NCBI RefSeq assembly: GCF_006345805.1 | Contig: NW_021833807.1 | Span: 1 to 64,000 of the forward strand | DNA length: 64,000 bases | Direction of reading: 5' to 3' | Source of the DNA: Octopus sinensis | Lineage: Eukaryota | Shown here: one piece after another, positions 12,747 to 25,330 of the stretch | Layout: every line of letters starts with the position of its first letter | Numbering within the stretch: position 1 is the stretch's first letter | Translations under genes and position numbers: made by a program | The notes under the pieces: model-generated | Told to the model about the DNA's origin: nothing | Seen by the model: only the letters and a program-made list of their open reading frames with translations | The model's database searches: none

Positions 12747-14769
12747 TAGGGCAATTTAAGTTAAAAAAGTTAAAATATATGAAAATGTGTATTTTGGCTT
12801 AAAAGTAAAAATAAAGTATTTTTTAAATGAAATAGTTACTTATTAAAGAAAAAAATAAAGTTAAAAAGTTAAAAAAAATTTTTTTATAAAGTTAAAAATT
12901 TTAACTTTATTTAAAATAGCGCGTGGGTGTTTAGTATGCCAAGAACTGCAAAAACAATGTATTTTAAGGCAAAAAAAATTGTTATTGAATATCCGCTGGA
13001 GTTTTTATTACGAGAGAATGGCGAGTTGCAATGTCAACTTTGCTTATGCACAGTCAGGTGTGAGAAAAAGCATTTTGTGAATTCTCACCGAGAATCGAAG
13101 AAGCACTCAAATTTATTAAGTTTTTACAAATTAATATAATTTTTAGAGAATAATTTCTATCAGCTTTGTTTGGACGAGTTACCCAATGATGACTGGTCAA
13201 TGCAAGTCACTAAAGCATTTATTCAATGCGATATACCCTTGCATAAATTGACTATGCCTCCTCTAAAGAATTTATTCAAGAATACTTCTTTGCCTCTTCC
13301 TTCCCAATACAAAGCAAGAATGTGCGTTAAACAATTGAAAACTGAATATATTGTATTATTTCAAGAAAAGTTTAGGTTTATGAATATATAATTTTTTAGA
13401 AATCAACTTGTATTCGCCATAAGTGACGAGGTCACTATTCGTAGTCAAAAATTTGTTGCAGTTTTAATGGGGATACTTAAAAATCCCAATAAAACTTATT
13501 TGATTTCTTTCGTAAAAATTGATAAAACTTCTACCAAAGAAACAATTATTCAAATTGTTGACGATACGATTAAATGCGTTTTAATTGAAAGACAAAATTT
13601 CCTTCTCCTAATAACAGATTCCGCTAAATATATGCTAGCAGGTTTTAATTTAACATATAATTATAGCTGGAAAAGTTCTTAAGCTTTTACAGGGTATTTC
13701 ATTAATATATCCTCTAATTTCATAAATATATCCTCTGATTTCATAAATAAATCTTCTTATTCCATAAATATATCCTCTTATTTCATAAATATATCCTCTT
13801 ATTCCATAAATATATCGTGTAATTTCATATTTATGAAATAAGAGGATATATTTATGGAATAAGAAGATTTATTTATGAAATCAGAGGATATATTTATGAA
13901 ATTAGAGGATATATTAATGAAATACCCTGTATATCCAAGGTTATTTCACGTAACTTGTGTTGCTCATCTGATGCATAATTGTTCAATGAAAATCAGGACT
14001 ATTTATCCTGAAATTGATTCTCTTATTGCATCAATTCAAGCGGCAATAACAAAAAATAACAAGAGAAAACGACTATTTAATGAAATTGGAATTCCACCTC
14101 ATGTAGTTTTAACTAGATGGGGTACTTGGCTAACTGCTGCATTTTATTATGCAAAAAATTTAATACATGTGATAAACATTTTCAAAACAATTCCTGATGA
14201 TGGAATCATTGTTCAGGCTGCAAAAAATAGCCTAAGAGATGAATCTCTAGTAAAAAGCTTAAGTTCTATTGTTAGAAATTATTCGACAATTCCAGGTAAA
14301 ACTAGTTTAATAATAGCAGAATTATTGTGCAATTTTGAAAGTTCTCACTCCTCAATAGAGTTAGCTTACAATGAGCTAAAGAATTTAAAATTTGACGACG
14401 AATCAGATATAATTGAAAAATATTTGAATGAACGATTACAAAAAAATGATTTATGTCAAATTATAAGAATGACAAATTCATCAATTTCTCCTGAAGAATA
14501 TTGTATGCTTTTAAAGTGTCAGCCTTCATCCTCTTCCATAGAACGATGCTTCTCTCAAATTAAAAACTTTATGAGGGATAACAGAAATTTTAATATTGAA
14601 AATATAGAGAATTATGTTATATGTTTGTATAATAAATGATTCTTAAGTTAAAATTTGTTAGGTTAAAATTTTTGTTTTATAGGTTAAAATTTGGTTATTT
14701 TTAGGTTAAAAAGTTAAAATTTTTAGGTTAAAAAATCGAAGTTTTTAGGTTAAAAAAAAAATTGCCCTA
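12747..14769 (+). mobile_element. Complete hAT transposon, CGGBP1-like spliced transposase (ATG 12936, stop 14639)
   Basis: TIR tagggcaatt/aattgcccta; 8-bp TSD gacattac (12739-46, 14770-77); BED-like CQLC..H..H; ITDSAKYM, HVTCVAH, TRWGTW, SIERCFS; introns 13120-46, 13376-99, 13642-66. Confidence 0.92.
13690..13929. mobile_element. Tc1/mariner-type foldback MITE built from 21-bp repeats
   Basis: ~105-bp perfect TIRs starting cagggtatttc, TA TSD; removal restores hAT frame KLLYPRLFH. Confidence 0.92.
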
Positions 14770-14898
14770 GACATTACAAATGAATCATACATTTCTCGTA
14801 TGGAAAGAAATAGTTCACTCCAAAATTGCCAAATCGAAAATTTTAAAGTTAGAGATCACGTACTATTAAAAAAAGATTTTGAAAAGAATCAAAAAACT

Positions 14899-15310
14899 TT
14901 TTTTTTTTTAAGACAAAAATTACAGATAGCTAAGATAGTTAAAGGCCTCACGAGACACCCGACCAGCCGCGCGAATGGCGAAGACGTTCCCTCGGATCAC
15001 AGCAATCGACAGACGTTCCAGGAGCCAAGAAAACTCCCTTGGATCGTGACTAGTCCTTGAAATCCGTCGACCGAGCGAGCGAAGGAAGCGGAGTGTCTTG
15101 GGACCGAAGATCCCGGAGGACTCCAAGGCAATTGGAGTAAAGAGCAGCGAGTTGGACAGGTGGCCGTACTTGAGAATCTTTCGCTCCTCGGCCTGCCTGG
15201 AAGCGTGCCCAGGATTGGCGGCGGACAGCGCGAGATTTCCCAGCGAGAACGTGTCCGAGCAGGTAGAATCCCAAATAAGGGATTTCCCCTAGAACTAAAA
15301 AAAGGAAATT
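14899..15310 (-). mobile_element. 5'-truncated CRE-like copy
   Basis: poly(A) as T-run 14899-14909; 14-bp TSD agaatcaaaaaact (14885-98, 15311-24); RLE C-terminus LERLSIAVIRGN. Confidence 0.9.
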
Positions 15311-16249
15311 AGAATCAAAAAACTAAAAAAAGGAAATTAGAATCTTTATTCTTCGAAAAAACTTTTACTATCAAAGAATTAATTTCCCAAAATAGAATAA
15401 TGATAGAAAATGAAGATGGAAACGAAAAAATGATGAGATCCATTAAAACCTTCGAGGCAAAAATCTCACGTATTAAGAATATCCTTGATGAAAACGACAG
15501 CGAGAATATTAACAATGATGAACTCCCAATTATTCGCGATAAAGAAATTCAATTCATCCTATGATTTTCTCTTTAAAATTAAATGCATATATCATTATCG
15601 ACCATAAATCAAAATTAAAGCTATTATCATATTTGACTTTGACAGAATGTGCAATTACAGATTGCACGACCTTGAATAGAATGTGCAATTAACAGATTTT
15701 GAAAAACACTTTGATAGTTGAAACCACATTAGCACAATCATTAACACAATTTACCACCAATTGACAGCGCAATCAGAAGAATTTGCGTAAAAATATTAAC
15801 TATTTAGTTAAGTTTTTCGTAAAGATAGAATTTATTTTCGGTATGCCTCTTTTCCTAAACTTTTTTATTATTCAAAAATAATTTTTTCAATAGATAACCG
15901 AAGGAGGAAAAACGAAGCTGAAGAAAAAACGGTCAGCTTAAGGTAATTAATTAAATCTTTTTTGTGTGTCACTTTTTTGGCTGCTGCTACTCTTTCTGCC
16001 GCATTTCCGCCTGCCCCATTTCCGCCAGTGGTTTGTCTAATCAAGGTCACTAAGCTAAATCTCCGGACTATAAAGGCTCTTAAGCATTATCTTAATTGGC
16101 TGTTAAAAAAATTAGACAGGTTGTTGCCGTGGCGGCAGAGATTTTTTTTGTTTATACTATTTTACAAATTTTTAAAGTTTTTTTTTGTTTTTTTTATTTT
16201 TTTTGTTATTTTCTAAAAATTCAACCGGATTGAATTTTTAAACTCCTTA

Positions 16250-16896
16250 GATCCCTCTGGAATGCCGAATCATCTTTTAAAGTTAAAGAAGGAAAAGAAA
16301 ATGAAATAACAGTTGACAACAGGTGGGTGGTGCCTTATAATCCACTGTTATGTAAGATTTTGATGCTCATATTAATGTTGAATTTTGTAATTCTATTAGA
16401 TCAATTAAATATAGAACAGAGGGAACATATAAAACAAAAAAATTTTAAAAATAAAAAAAGAAATAAATAAAAATTAAAATAAAAAAAACAAAAAAAATTA
16501 AAATAAAAAAACAAAAAAAAATACAGATAAAGAAATTAAAAAAATAAAAAAACACAAAAAAATTAAACATATTAAGTTAAAGAATAAAAAAAAGAAAATA
16601 AAACACAAAAAAAAGAAAAAAAATCAAAAAATAAAACAAAAAAATTTAAAAAAATAAAAAAAAGAAAATAACAAAAAAAAGTTTAAAAATTTGTTCTGCC
16701 GCCGTATTAAGATAAGAAAATTTATTCATATATGCCAAGGAAGGACGGACGACAAACATCGTTTATCAACAGGCGATAGAATAGGGTTACATTAAACCAG
16801 GTAGTTTTATACATCTACATAAACTTATAGTTGTTTGATGAAACAGGCCCTCCGCAGGAGCTAGGTCGCGGTGAGCGAAGCGAGCTGCCGAGCTAG
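16250..16896 (+). mobile_element. Internally deleted Helitron (Rep fragment and 3' end)
   Basis: VDNRWVVPYNPLLCKI..AHINVEFCNSIRSIKY at ~16310-16410; GC-rich hairpin-like tract ending CTAG|T at 16893-97; shares cttatagttgtttgatgaaacagg with 31600. Confidence 0.75.
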
Positions 16897-16899
16897 TAT

Positions 16900-17290
16900 G
16901 AAAATAAAAATAGATGAAAAAACCCCAACATGTCACAATGACCTAAAAAAGGAAATTATCCAAATTTGGAGATCAATCCCGATAGAGTTCATACAAAAAC
17001 TAATTTTATCAATGAAGGATAAAAGCTACGCAGTGTATAATACCAAAGGAGGCAATTCTAGATACTAATTTTTGATTATTTTTATCTGTCCGGTTTCTTT
17101 TGTCGCACCTCGTAATTATTTATGCTTTAAATTTAATGTACAAATTGAAAAAAAGATTAAATTAAAAATGTAAAAAATTGTTTTTCGTGTAAATTAATGT
17201 ACAAAGGGTGATTTATGTGAAAAAAATTTTAAAATGACTTAATAATGGAAATTTTGGCTTGTCCGGTTACTTTTGTCGTGCACTGTACAT
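16900..17290 (+). mobile_element. Tc1-like 3' fragment with IR/DR end
   Basis: IWRSIPIEFIQKLILSM..KGGNSRY; terminal gtccggttacttttgtcgtgcactgTA with inner repeat at ~17087. Confidence 0.8.
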
Positions 17291-17599
17291 TATATGTTGT
17301 TCATTAGATGTTGTTTCCTTGCTTTTTTTAAATTTTTTTTTGCTTTTTTATTTCAAAGTTTTGTTAATTGCTAATCAAGGTCATTACGCGGTTTTCTCAA
17401 GGTCAAAATGTTACACGTCTGACGCCCGTTTCAGTTATGGCGCGCCACAATAATTACTGTGACAGGCACTATGATAAATTGACATCACATATAGACTATT
17501 TGATTAATGAAACAATAAATACAATTGAAAAATTAATAAAAATGCAATATAACAAAAATAGGGATAAATAAGATAAAAATTACAAAGAAAATAATAGTA

Positions 17600-17830
17600 A
17601 TTCAGAAATTTCAAAGTATTTAACATAAAACAGATCAAGGAAATAAAATAGGACAATATCACAAAAAGGATGGAATTTCAGATAACTTAATCATTAAAAG
17701 AAATTACATCACGAATTATTCCCTTTAAATCCAAATTAAATATAAATATAAAAAACGACTAAATAGTGAAAAACGCACAACATGGTAAACCCACAAGTGC
17801 TTAACGTGGCTTAATTTATTATATTTTTTA
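17600..17830 (-). repeat. AT-rich dispersed repeat (also 25930-26170 and 60470-60720)
   Basis: Shared taagccac..gctgttgat and ttcatcatttttgtgatatttt blocks. Confidence 0.75.
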
Positions 17831-17927
17831 TTTATAATTAAGATTAATTAAACAATTATTAATAAAAAAACGTTATTTTAATTAAAACGATTTTAATGAT
17901 AGGACCCAAATATTTTTTTTATTAATA

Positions 17928-18188
17928 CAGTCTTACCCAGGGGTGGGCACCAAAGTGCCCCAGAAAGCGGAGGTGTCTTTCCAAACAGGGGTTTGGTTCA
18001 AACTATTGAATTATAGTTCATTAAATTTAAATTTTGGTTTACTTGCGAACAAAGAAAGTGCCCTATAGTGGGGTTTTGATAATTTCCAAATTTGGAAATT
18101 ATTTATGAAAAATGTACTAAAAAATAAAATCGCCCCAAAAAGCGAAGGTGCCCCAAGGCGGGGTTGTTGTTGGGGCGGGGTTCGACTG
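17928..18188. mobile_element. Putative pogo-type MITE
   Basis: TA|cagtcttaccc ... gggttcgactg|TA imperfect TIR; internal gtgcccc repeats. Confidence 0.5.
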
Positions 18189-18199
18189 TAATGTGATTT

Positions 18200-18560
18200 A
18201 TAAAAGTAAAAAGATAGCTAAGCTAATTAATGGCCTCACGAGACACCCGGCCAGTTTTGTGAATGGCGAAGCCGTTCCCTCGGATCACAGCAATCGACAG
18301 ACGTTCGAGGAGCCAAGAATACTCTCTTGGATCGTGGCTTGTCCTTGAAATCCGTCGACCGAGCGAGCGAAGGAAGCGGAGTGTCTTGGGGCCGAAGATC
18401 CCGGAAGACTCCACGGCAATTGGAGTAAAGAACAGCGAGTTGAAGAGGTGGCCGTACTTGAGAATTTTTCGGTCCTCGGCCTGCCTCGAAGCGTGCCCAG
18501 GATTGGCGGCGGACAGAGCGAGATTTCCTGCTTGGTTATCAAGCAATGGAAATTCCGATT
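18200..18560 (-). mobile_element. CRE-like 3' fragment, same subfamily as 14899 and 61800
   Basis: FTPIAVESSGIFGPKT..LLERLSIAVIRGN; close nucleotide similarity to those copies. Confidence 0.88.
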
Positions 18561-18574
18561 CTTGCATGCTTTAA

Positions 18575-19871
18575 AAAAGCATATGAAGTTTATCTAAGTC
18601 CAGTAGTTTTAATAATTGACAATGCTCCATGTCATACAGACATTTTTTTTAACACTAATTAATTTATTTCAAATTAAAAGAGAAATAGTCATTGGCAGAT
18701 AGCCAGAGTATTGCCTCTGATTATGGCTATAGATATTCTTTCGATTAAATACCGGTGCTCACACGGGTCGCCGGTAACCCTTTCGATTAATGAGGCAATA
18801 CGCTGGAGTAGGGTCCGAGTAGAAGGCCCCTGTATTCCTGACGTCTCAACAACCAGGGGGACAAACACTCTCCCGTTCCCAATTCCAGCGTATTTCTCAG
18901 CTTTTCTTTTCTCAGCCCGTTCAGACGGGGCTCCAGGATTCTCGATGCATAATTTGATGTTCTGTTTAGAAAAGGAGTTCACACACGTGACGTCCCAAAC
19001 CAGACACTTTCCCCTCTGGAATGGAAATGTGGTCATCCCATCGGGTCTTCTGCCGTCCTCTACGAAAATCCCTGCAGGTTCCAATTGTGTGTGGAATCCA
19101 GCAGTTCGAAGAGATCGACAGATGATCTGGTTCAGTTCGGAATGCCGTGAGGAACGTCCAATTCCGTTTCGACAGGAGAGGGAGTGATATCCAAACTCGT
19201 CAGTCCACACGCCGCACCGGCATTGGTGTTTTTCATAAACGCGTAGACCGAGGCGCAGACAAACTCCAATTCTTACGGCTTCATCATTAAGAAGGCAGCC
19301 AGTTGTATTACAAGGGTAACAGTTTAGCCACGCGCCGCTTAGGGGCTGGCTGCCCGCTTGTAAACAAGCCAACCTTCTCTGGTCCATGGTTTCCTTTAGG
19401 CATGAAAAAGTATTGGCGTGAACTTTCGACGTCCACTCCGATTGGCAGGTCACATCAGATGGCAATGGCAATCCCAGCTTTTTCCATACAGCGACGCAAT
19501 CATCCACAGCAAATGATTTCCTCTGTTCGCTTATTTGAGAAAGAACAGACATTGAAAAAATACTTGAAGAAAATGAATTCACAGAAAACAAAATACTTCG
19601 ACATGCACCTTACAGTCCAATGTTAAATCCAATCGAACAAATATGGTCTAAAATGAAAGCTTTTGTAAAAAGAAAAATGGCTGAAAATCTTGGGAATATC
19701 TTAGATGGAAATGAACCTGACTTGTCAAAAACAGAATTTCGGAAACAGAGATTGGAGGATTTAATTAAACAATCTATAGACGAAGATACTCCAAAGATTT
19801 GTGCTAAGTTAATAGCCAGAATCCAAGGACTATTGCCCTCTTTATTAAATTACAAGGACGTAACATTTTAA
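18575..19871 (+). mobile_element. IS630/Tc1-like transposase split by a CRE insertion
   Basis: VVLIIDNAPCHTDI before the insertion; TDIEKILEE..HAPYSPMLNPIEQIW after it. Confidence 0.8.
18645..19544 (-). mobile_element. 5'-truncated CRE-like copy
   Basis: 9-bp TSD acagacatt (18636-44, 19545-53), short A-tail; CRCG knuckle, RPDG, WDVTCV, VVETSG RLE motifs. Confidence 0.92.
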
Positions 19872-19984
19872 TTTTTTCGTTTGATATAAATGAGTCATGA
19901 TTTTTTTCAAATATTTTAAAATTAACTTGGAAATCCCATATTGAATTTGGAAATTCCCATATTGAACTTGGAAAGGTATAGATC

Positions 19985-20420
19985 GTTTGACCACGGTGGA
20001 AGTGGAAAAGAAGCGTAAGTACGACCTTCTTGCAAACGAGCTTGGGTTGATGCACAGATGTCAGGTCCTTGTCATTCCTTGCGTGATGACATGGGAAGGA
20101 ATTGTATCTAAGTACCACAAGGGTTATCTCAGGCAGTTGGGAGTCGATAGGTACATTCAGGCCTATATGCAGTCCACTGTCCTGAAGAGAACTCTAGAGA
20201 GTGCATCTGTTGATGCGCGCAGATCCAGCCCCCTAATGCCACATGGGCAGAATTATCGGCTGGAAAATGCTTTCACAGAGCTATTCCTTCGACCAGAAGC
20301 AGAAGAGGCTGGTCTCCAGACTTCAGATGCGGACGGGTCGTCGGATTAGTTTAGTTAACTATTTTATCTCGGGGTTTTTTGTTTTCTGGAAGATTTATCT
20401 GAATTAATGAATGTGACCGG
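19985..20420 (+). mobile_element. R4-like element 3' end (RLE)
   Basis: EVEKKRKYDLLANEL..VIPCVMTWEGIV. Confidence 0.8.
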
Positions 20421-20972
20421 TTGAATACGAGCCATTATTGATATTTATAAAAATTTACACCTCAAAAATTGATATAGACTTCTTTCCCTTTTAAAGAATA
20501 TATAATCATTAATAAAAAATTAACTTTATTTTAATTACAAGCGAGCAGAGCAATAAAACTTCGCAGGAACACAGAGAACCTTTTTGTGGAGGAGGTGAAA
20601 GGTTTTTGAAATATTTAAGTAGTTGTGAATCTGTTTCTTTGCAAGCATTTATAACTATGATTGCAGATAGTCCCCATTTGTAAAGATCACTGGTAACATT
20701 TTTGGACAGTCATTTGACCAAGTTTGTTTATTAGATAATTTCACAGAAATCAAACCAATGAGAAACCCTGAAAATCGAGAAAAATTGTCTTTACCAACTT
20801 GTGGTCTACGATAAGATCTCTATCTTTGGTACATTTTGAAGGCCTAGGACTTGGGAAATTAATTAGTTAGTTAATTTCTTTTTATTGATAAAGTTTATTT
20901 GTAAAGTAGAAAAAAAAGTAAAGACAAATGTACCCCATCGTGTACTACGTTTGGTGCTAACTTGAAATAATA

Positions 20973-22050
20973 TGTCACAGTCCGAATAAAATACACGCCG
21001 AATAATTACATTCTTTAATTTTACTAAAATTAAAAATTTGCACAACAAAATGTTTAATTATTATTAAAAATATGATTTTTAATGTAAAATTCATTAATTT
21101 TTTTACGAATACAGAAATGGGTGGATTGAAAGAATAACTGTCAACAGATTGAGGTTTATAATTTAACGATCTTAGAAGAACGTATTAAAACATTAATTCT
21201 CAAACTTTTTTGGTTCGTTTATTTGTTAGCATCAAATCATTTTTCGCGTACCCTTTATCGATTTTTAGAAAATTAAAGAACAAAAAATATTTAATTAGTG
21301 ATATGGATGGTGTTTATTAACGACCAATCTTTCTATTTCTGGATTCTTTAACAAAAGATACACTCAAAAACTGATTTTAAATTAAACAATAATAAAAATT
21401 CTTTTCGTCGAGATATGTAGTTACTTACATGACTCGCATCTAATTTTGTTCTTGAACTTTCGTTTACTTAGTTATTAATGAACAAATTTCAAATTAATTA
21501 ATTTTCTGACACTGTCTCTAACGGATTGACCGACAATTTTTTTTGAAGACGGCAAAAAATCCTTTCGAATTAAAACGATTATTTCTGAAATGTTAATGGG
21601 AAAACAATTAAGCGCGAAAATGCTGATGTGGGGAATGGCAAAGTTTTCGTTCCTGTAACAGTCGAGACTTCATAAATACATGGGCCTTCCTCTCGTAGTC
21701 TGTTCGAAGTTGCCGAAGTTGCAAATTGGTACTTTCTATATAAAATTTTCTGATTTAATTGAAAATAATACTAAAAACCACTATACACTCAAATTCGCTA
21801 GATGCTACAATGTATTATGTCATCACAGTTCAGGAGGATTTATATCTTCTAGAAAACGATAAAGGAAACAATTTAACCGGCGTACATATTTCGAGGCTGA
21901 AAAGCTTAATTGATTTTGTTTTTGACATTTTTTGTTTTTAATGTAACTTTTAAAATCTTATAAGCTTTTAAAATTAGGGCTTTGTAAAAGCAAAAGCTTT
22001 ATAGGCGTTTTTCTCGAGTTAGGGTTAGGCTTTAAAAATAAGGTTTAGTA
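20973..22050 (+). mobile_element. Degenerate Ginger-like element with small CRE piece (21630-21715) and TTAGGG tract
   Basis: TGTCACAGTCC start; integrase C-terminal YYVITVQEDLYLL..GVHISRLK at ~21800-21910; gttagggttagg at 22018-29. Confidence 0.45.
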
Positions 22051-22064
22051 AAAGTGAATTATTA

Positions 22065-22256
22065 TTGCACATGTCATTTTCGTTACGTCGTGATCTTACA
22101 CTTTCTCAAAAATTGGAAATAATCAATTTGTTTATTCAAGGAGGCCAAACTCAGGCAACTCTATCTGCAAGAATCAACTGTTCTCAGTCTCAAGTTTCAC
22201 GGATTTTGAAGAATAGAGAAGAAATTATGTTATTGGCTGAATCAAAAAATTATTGA
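22065..22256 (+). mobile_element. pogo/Tigger N-terminal HTH_psq fragment
   Basis: LTLSQKLEIINL..TQATLSARINCSQSQVSRILKNREEI. Confidence 0.8.
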
Positions 22257-22368
22257 TTTTTTTCAATATCGGATAATTGCATATATCGGTTAATTCCATA
22301 AGTTTTTCATATTTTCAATGTTTATTTTTCAATGAGTACAAAATGTCACTGAAAAGTATTATAAATCG

Positions 22369-24372
22369 TCACGCTCCGGCAGCCAGTATCGCGTGCGTGT
22401 TGCCACGAAGAACTGCAATTCCGATACGTTGGCGAAGCCAATACCCCTCGCGACTGTCCCTCCTTCGTTTAGCCAGCATCGCCCCAATTTCCTTGAGAAA
22501 TTCCGCGGTTTTGGATCCCACTACACCAGACGTCTCTATCGAGATTGGGACAAAACGGAAAAGTTTTCCGATCTCCAAATACTTAGATATCTTCGCCTTT
22601 TCTGCTGCATTAGCAGCCCAACCGGGCGAATGAATATTCCGAAGAATCGTGGACTGGGAGAACGTGTCTACGCACGTCGCATCCCATGCGAGTGATTTTC
22701 CCTGGGAGTACGGGAAAAGAGTTATCCCATCGGGCCTTCTGCCATCTCCCCGGTCAAGCCCGACGGGTTCCAGGTGTGCTGGAAATCCTGCGCTCTCGAG
22801 GGCCCGTCGTATTATGTCGTTGAGTGCGGCATGGCGGGGAGCGCGACCTGCACTCCTCTTGCAAGACAAAGGGTGTAGTCCTTTGGAATCGACTATTCCT
22901 CCACACCGGCATCTGTGTTCCTGACAGACGTCAAGACCCAAGCGTTGCGCAACACCGATTCTCACACAATCGTCGTCCATAAGCGTACCGAATGAACTGC
23001 ATGGAAATGCGTGGAGCCATGCACCACTCCCGTGCTGTGCCCCGGATAGCAAACAGACGAGCCGGTGTTGGTTCAACTCCCGCTTCAGGTCATCAACGAC
23101 AGCCTTGCATGATATTGCGTCCCAACAATTCTGTCTCGAGACATCATCTGGGATTGAAAGTCCGGCTTCCTTCCATTGCAAGCAAGCCTTGTCAAATACT
23201 GTGTCCAAGGAGAGTCCAGTAGTGTTACGTAGGATTTCCTGGACGAGATGACTGCAGCTTGAAAGCGATGACAGATATGCCGGGAAAGCGAAATCCAGCG
23301 CCGACCTGAGACCCGTTCCTCCAATGCGTGTAGGAAGCTTGCATTGATTCCAACCAGGTTCGTCAAAGTAGATGTTCAAGAGCGATTCAGCTGAACTTCT
23401 CAAAGTCCTATCCAGTGTCTGTAGAATGTCTCGATGTTCCAAGCAGGGAAAACAACGGAGAGCGTATTGGAGTTTAGGCAAGCCAATGCTATTTTTCAAA
23501 AGGAAGAATGCAGTATGAGCATTGAGTAAGGAGAGTTTCTCCGTAACTCTAGAAAGACCCTTGTTTTTTTCCAGCAGATGGCACCGCAGTTCCTTTTCGC
23601 CAAGTGGGCACCCAAGAAAGTATGCCCTCTCCCGAGGTAAGACAGTAATCCCGGGTAATATCGATTCGAAAGACTTGACCACGTTGATAAAATCACTTTC
23701 CGAGTATGTGATATTTATCAGCTCCGATTTCTTTATATTTATATCAAGTCCGAGTTTTCGTAGTACAGGCACGGCTTGTGACAGAACGTCAAAAACTTTT
23801 CCCCACGGCCCTCCAATCGTGGCATCATCAAGATACCAGAGGTTCAGTTCCGCGCTGATGGAACGTACAGTTTCGTCGATTGCCAACGCAAAGAGAAGTG
23901 GACCAAGCGGGTCCCCTTGCTGGACTCCAGTCTCCGAATAGATAATCTTGTCCGCAAAGACGAGTGAAGACTTGGTTCCGTAGGCCAGGTAGACGAGTGG
24001 AATGAGTTCCGGGGCTCGTTTGCTTACAGTCTCGAAAATTTGATCCCTCCGCAGTGAATTAAAGGCATTGCGGATGTCAAGCTTGACTCCCATTTTTGGA
24101 TTTTGTTCGTTTTTCTGTGTGAAAAAGCACCTTGCGGCATGCACCGCCGCCTCACATCCGTTCTTTACCCCAACTCCGAGTTGGAAGGGGGAGAATTCTT
24201 CAGATATTCTCGGACAGACAAGACTGCATGCAATTTTAGCTGTTAGCCTTCTGAAGTAGTTCCCGACCGCGATAGGGCGGGCCCCACCTTCGGGTTTTTT
24301 GAAGCCAAGTAGGTGTGCGCTGAAAAGAAGCTCCCTTGCGAGAGGAGGGATATCCCCGTTCAAAATACGCAT
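22369..24372 (-). mobile_element. CRE-like retrotransposon, uninterrupted RT + CCHC + RLE ORF (5' truncated)
   Basis: 667-aa ORF: RPIAVG, KLDIRNAFNS, GVQQGDPLGPLLF, WYLDD, CRCG..H..C, RPDG, WDATC, ISIETSG. Confidence 0.95.
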
Positions 24373-25129
24373 ATTTTATATGGATAGAATTAATGAAAAT
24401 GACATTTTGATATTGTTTCATTTAAAGGCGTGGTCCGTTCAGCGGACGGTGACATTTAATAAATTTACATTTCCCCGCGTGCCTCATAAAGTTAAAACTT
24501 CTTTTTTCATGGACGTAACTCGATTTTCTAGGTATTTTTTCGTATTGATTTCCTTATTGCAAATAATTTTATTTTAAAGCTTTTAAATTTTGTTGTCGGC
24601 CACTGCAGATGCCCCAAATTCAAATAATTGTATCTCCAATTAATTAATGTATTTGGCTGCTTTTTTTAATAAATCCGATTTCATCATGTCCAAAAGATGT
24701 TCTATACGTTAATGTTTCTTTGGTATAGCGATTAACTGGTTGCATATCAAACAATGTATGTTTGCATCGATCGTTGTCAAAAATAAAGAATTTCTCATTT
24801 TTTGAAACACTCTTTTTTCATTTTTCTGACACCGTTTTTTGGTTTAAGAAGAAAAATATTTACAATAAACTAATTATTGTTGCAGATATTTCGGAACAAA
24901 CTCGAGTTATCATTCTGAGTTTAAATAATTTAAATTTCCATTGGAAACATGAAGGAGAGCGTAGAAAATACATAAGCCTAGTCAGAAATATATACTTTTT
25001 AAAAGGAACAGTTCGTCGTGTGCGTCCAGTAAAACAAGAAGATTTTTTCCTACAGAATTTTAATATTGGTGATCACAGCATTTATAGATCTTCCTTTCAA
25101 GTTATTTTAACGTCATAATGGTGTGTCCA

Positions 25130-25330
25130 TGCTCATTTATGATAAACCTCAAATCAGCTTGACTAGGGTTCAAATTAGTGATCTCACATTTTGCAGATTA
25201 ATTTCGAGGCCAACTTTTTCAACGATTAAATCTTTCTCGCATATTCTATTCCTGAGGTTTGCTCCGGAGGTTGAACAAGTGTTTGTACGTATGTGCCTAA
25301 GATTTTGCATGTGCCAGCCACACAGTTTTG
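25130..25330 (-). mobile_element. LINE APE N-terminal remnant
   Basis: GLEINLQNVRSLI resembles the start of an APE domain. Confidence 0.45.

Larger units (their letters stand above)
11960..15560 (+). mobile_element. Ginger-like integrase, copy 2, interrupted by hAT and CRE insertions
   Basis: Same motifs as copy 1, intron 12200-12222 at the same position; reading resumes at 14778 (YISRMERN) and 15325 (KKRKLESLFF). Confidence 0.8.

Noticed and set aside
13690-13929. CRISPR-like array of 21-bp repeats
   Set aside because: No unique spacers, arms are inverted, TA TSD and eukaryotic context: it is a MITE.
16430-16685. A-rich 250-bp tract
   Set aside because: Low-complexity sequence inside the Helitron derivative; no regular period or coding signal.
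18711-19187. Long antisense/overlapping ORFs on CRE and RTE copies (also 23522-23941, 43678-44139, 61078-61578)
   Set aside because: Shadow ORFs of GC-richer retroelement coding sequence; no independent domain.
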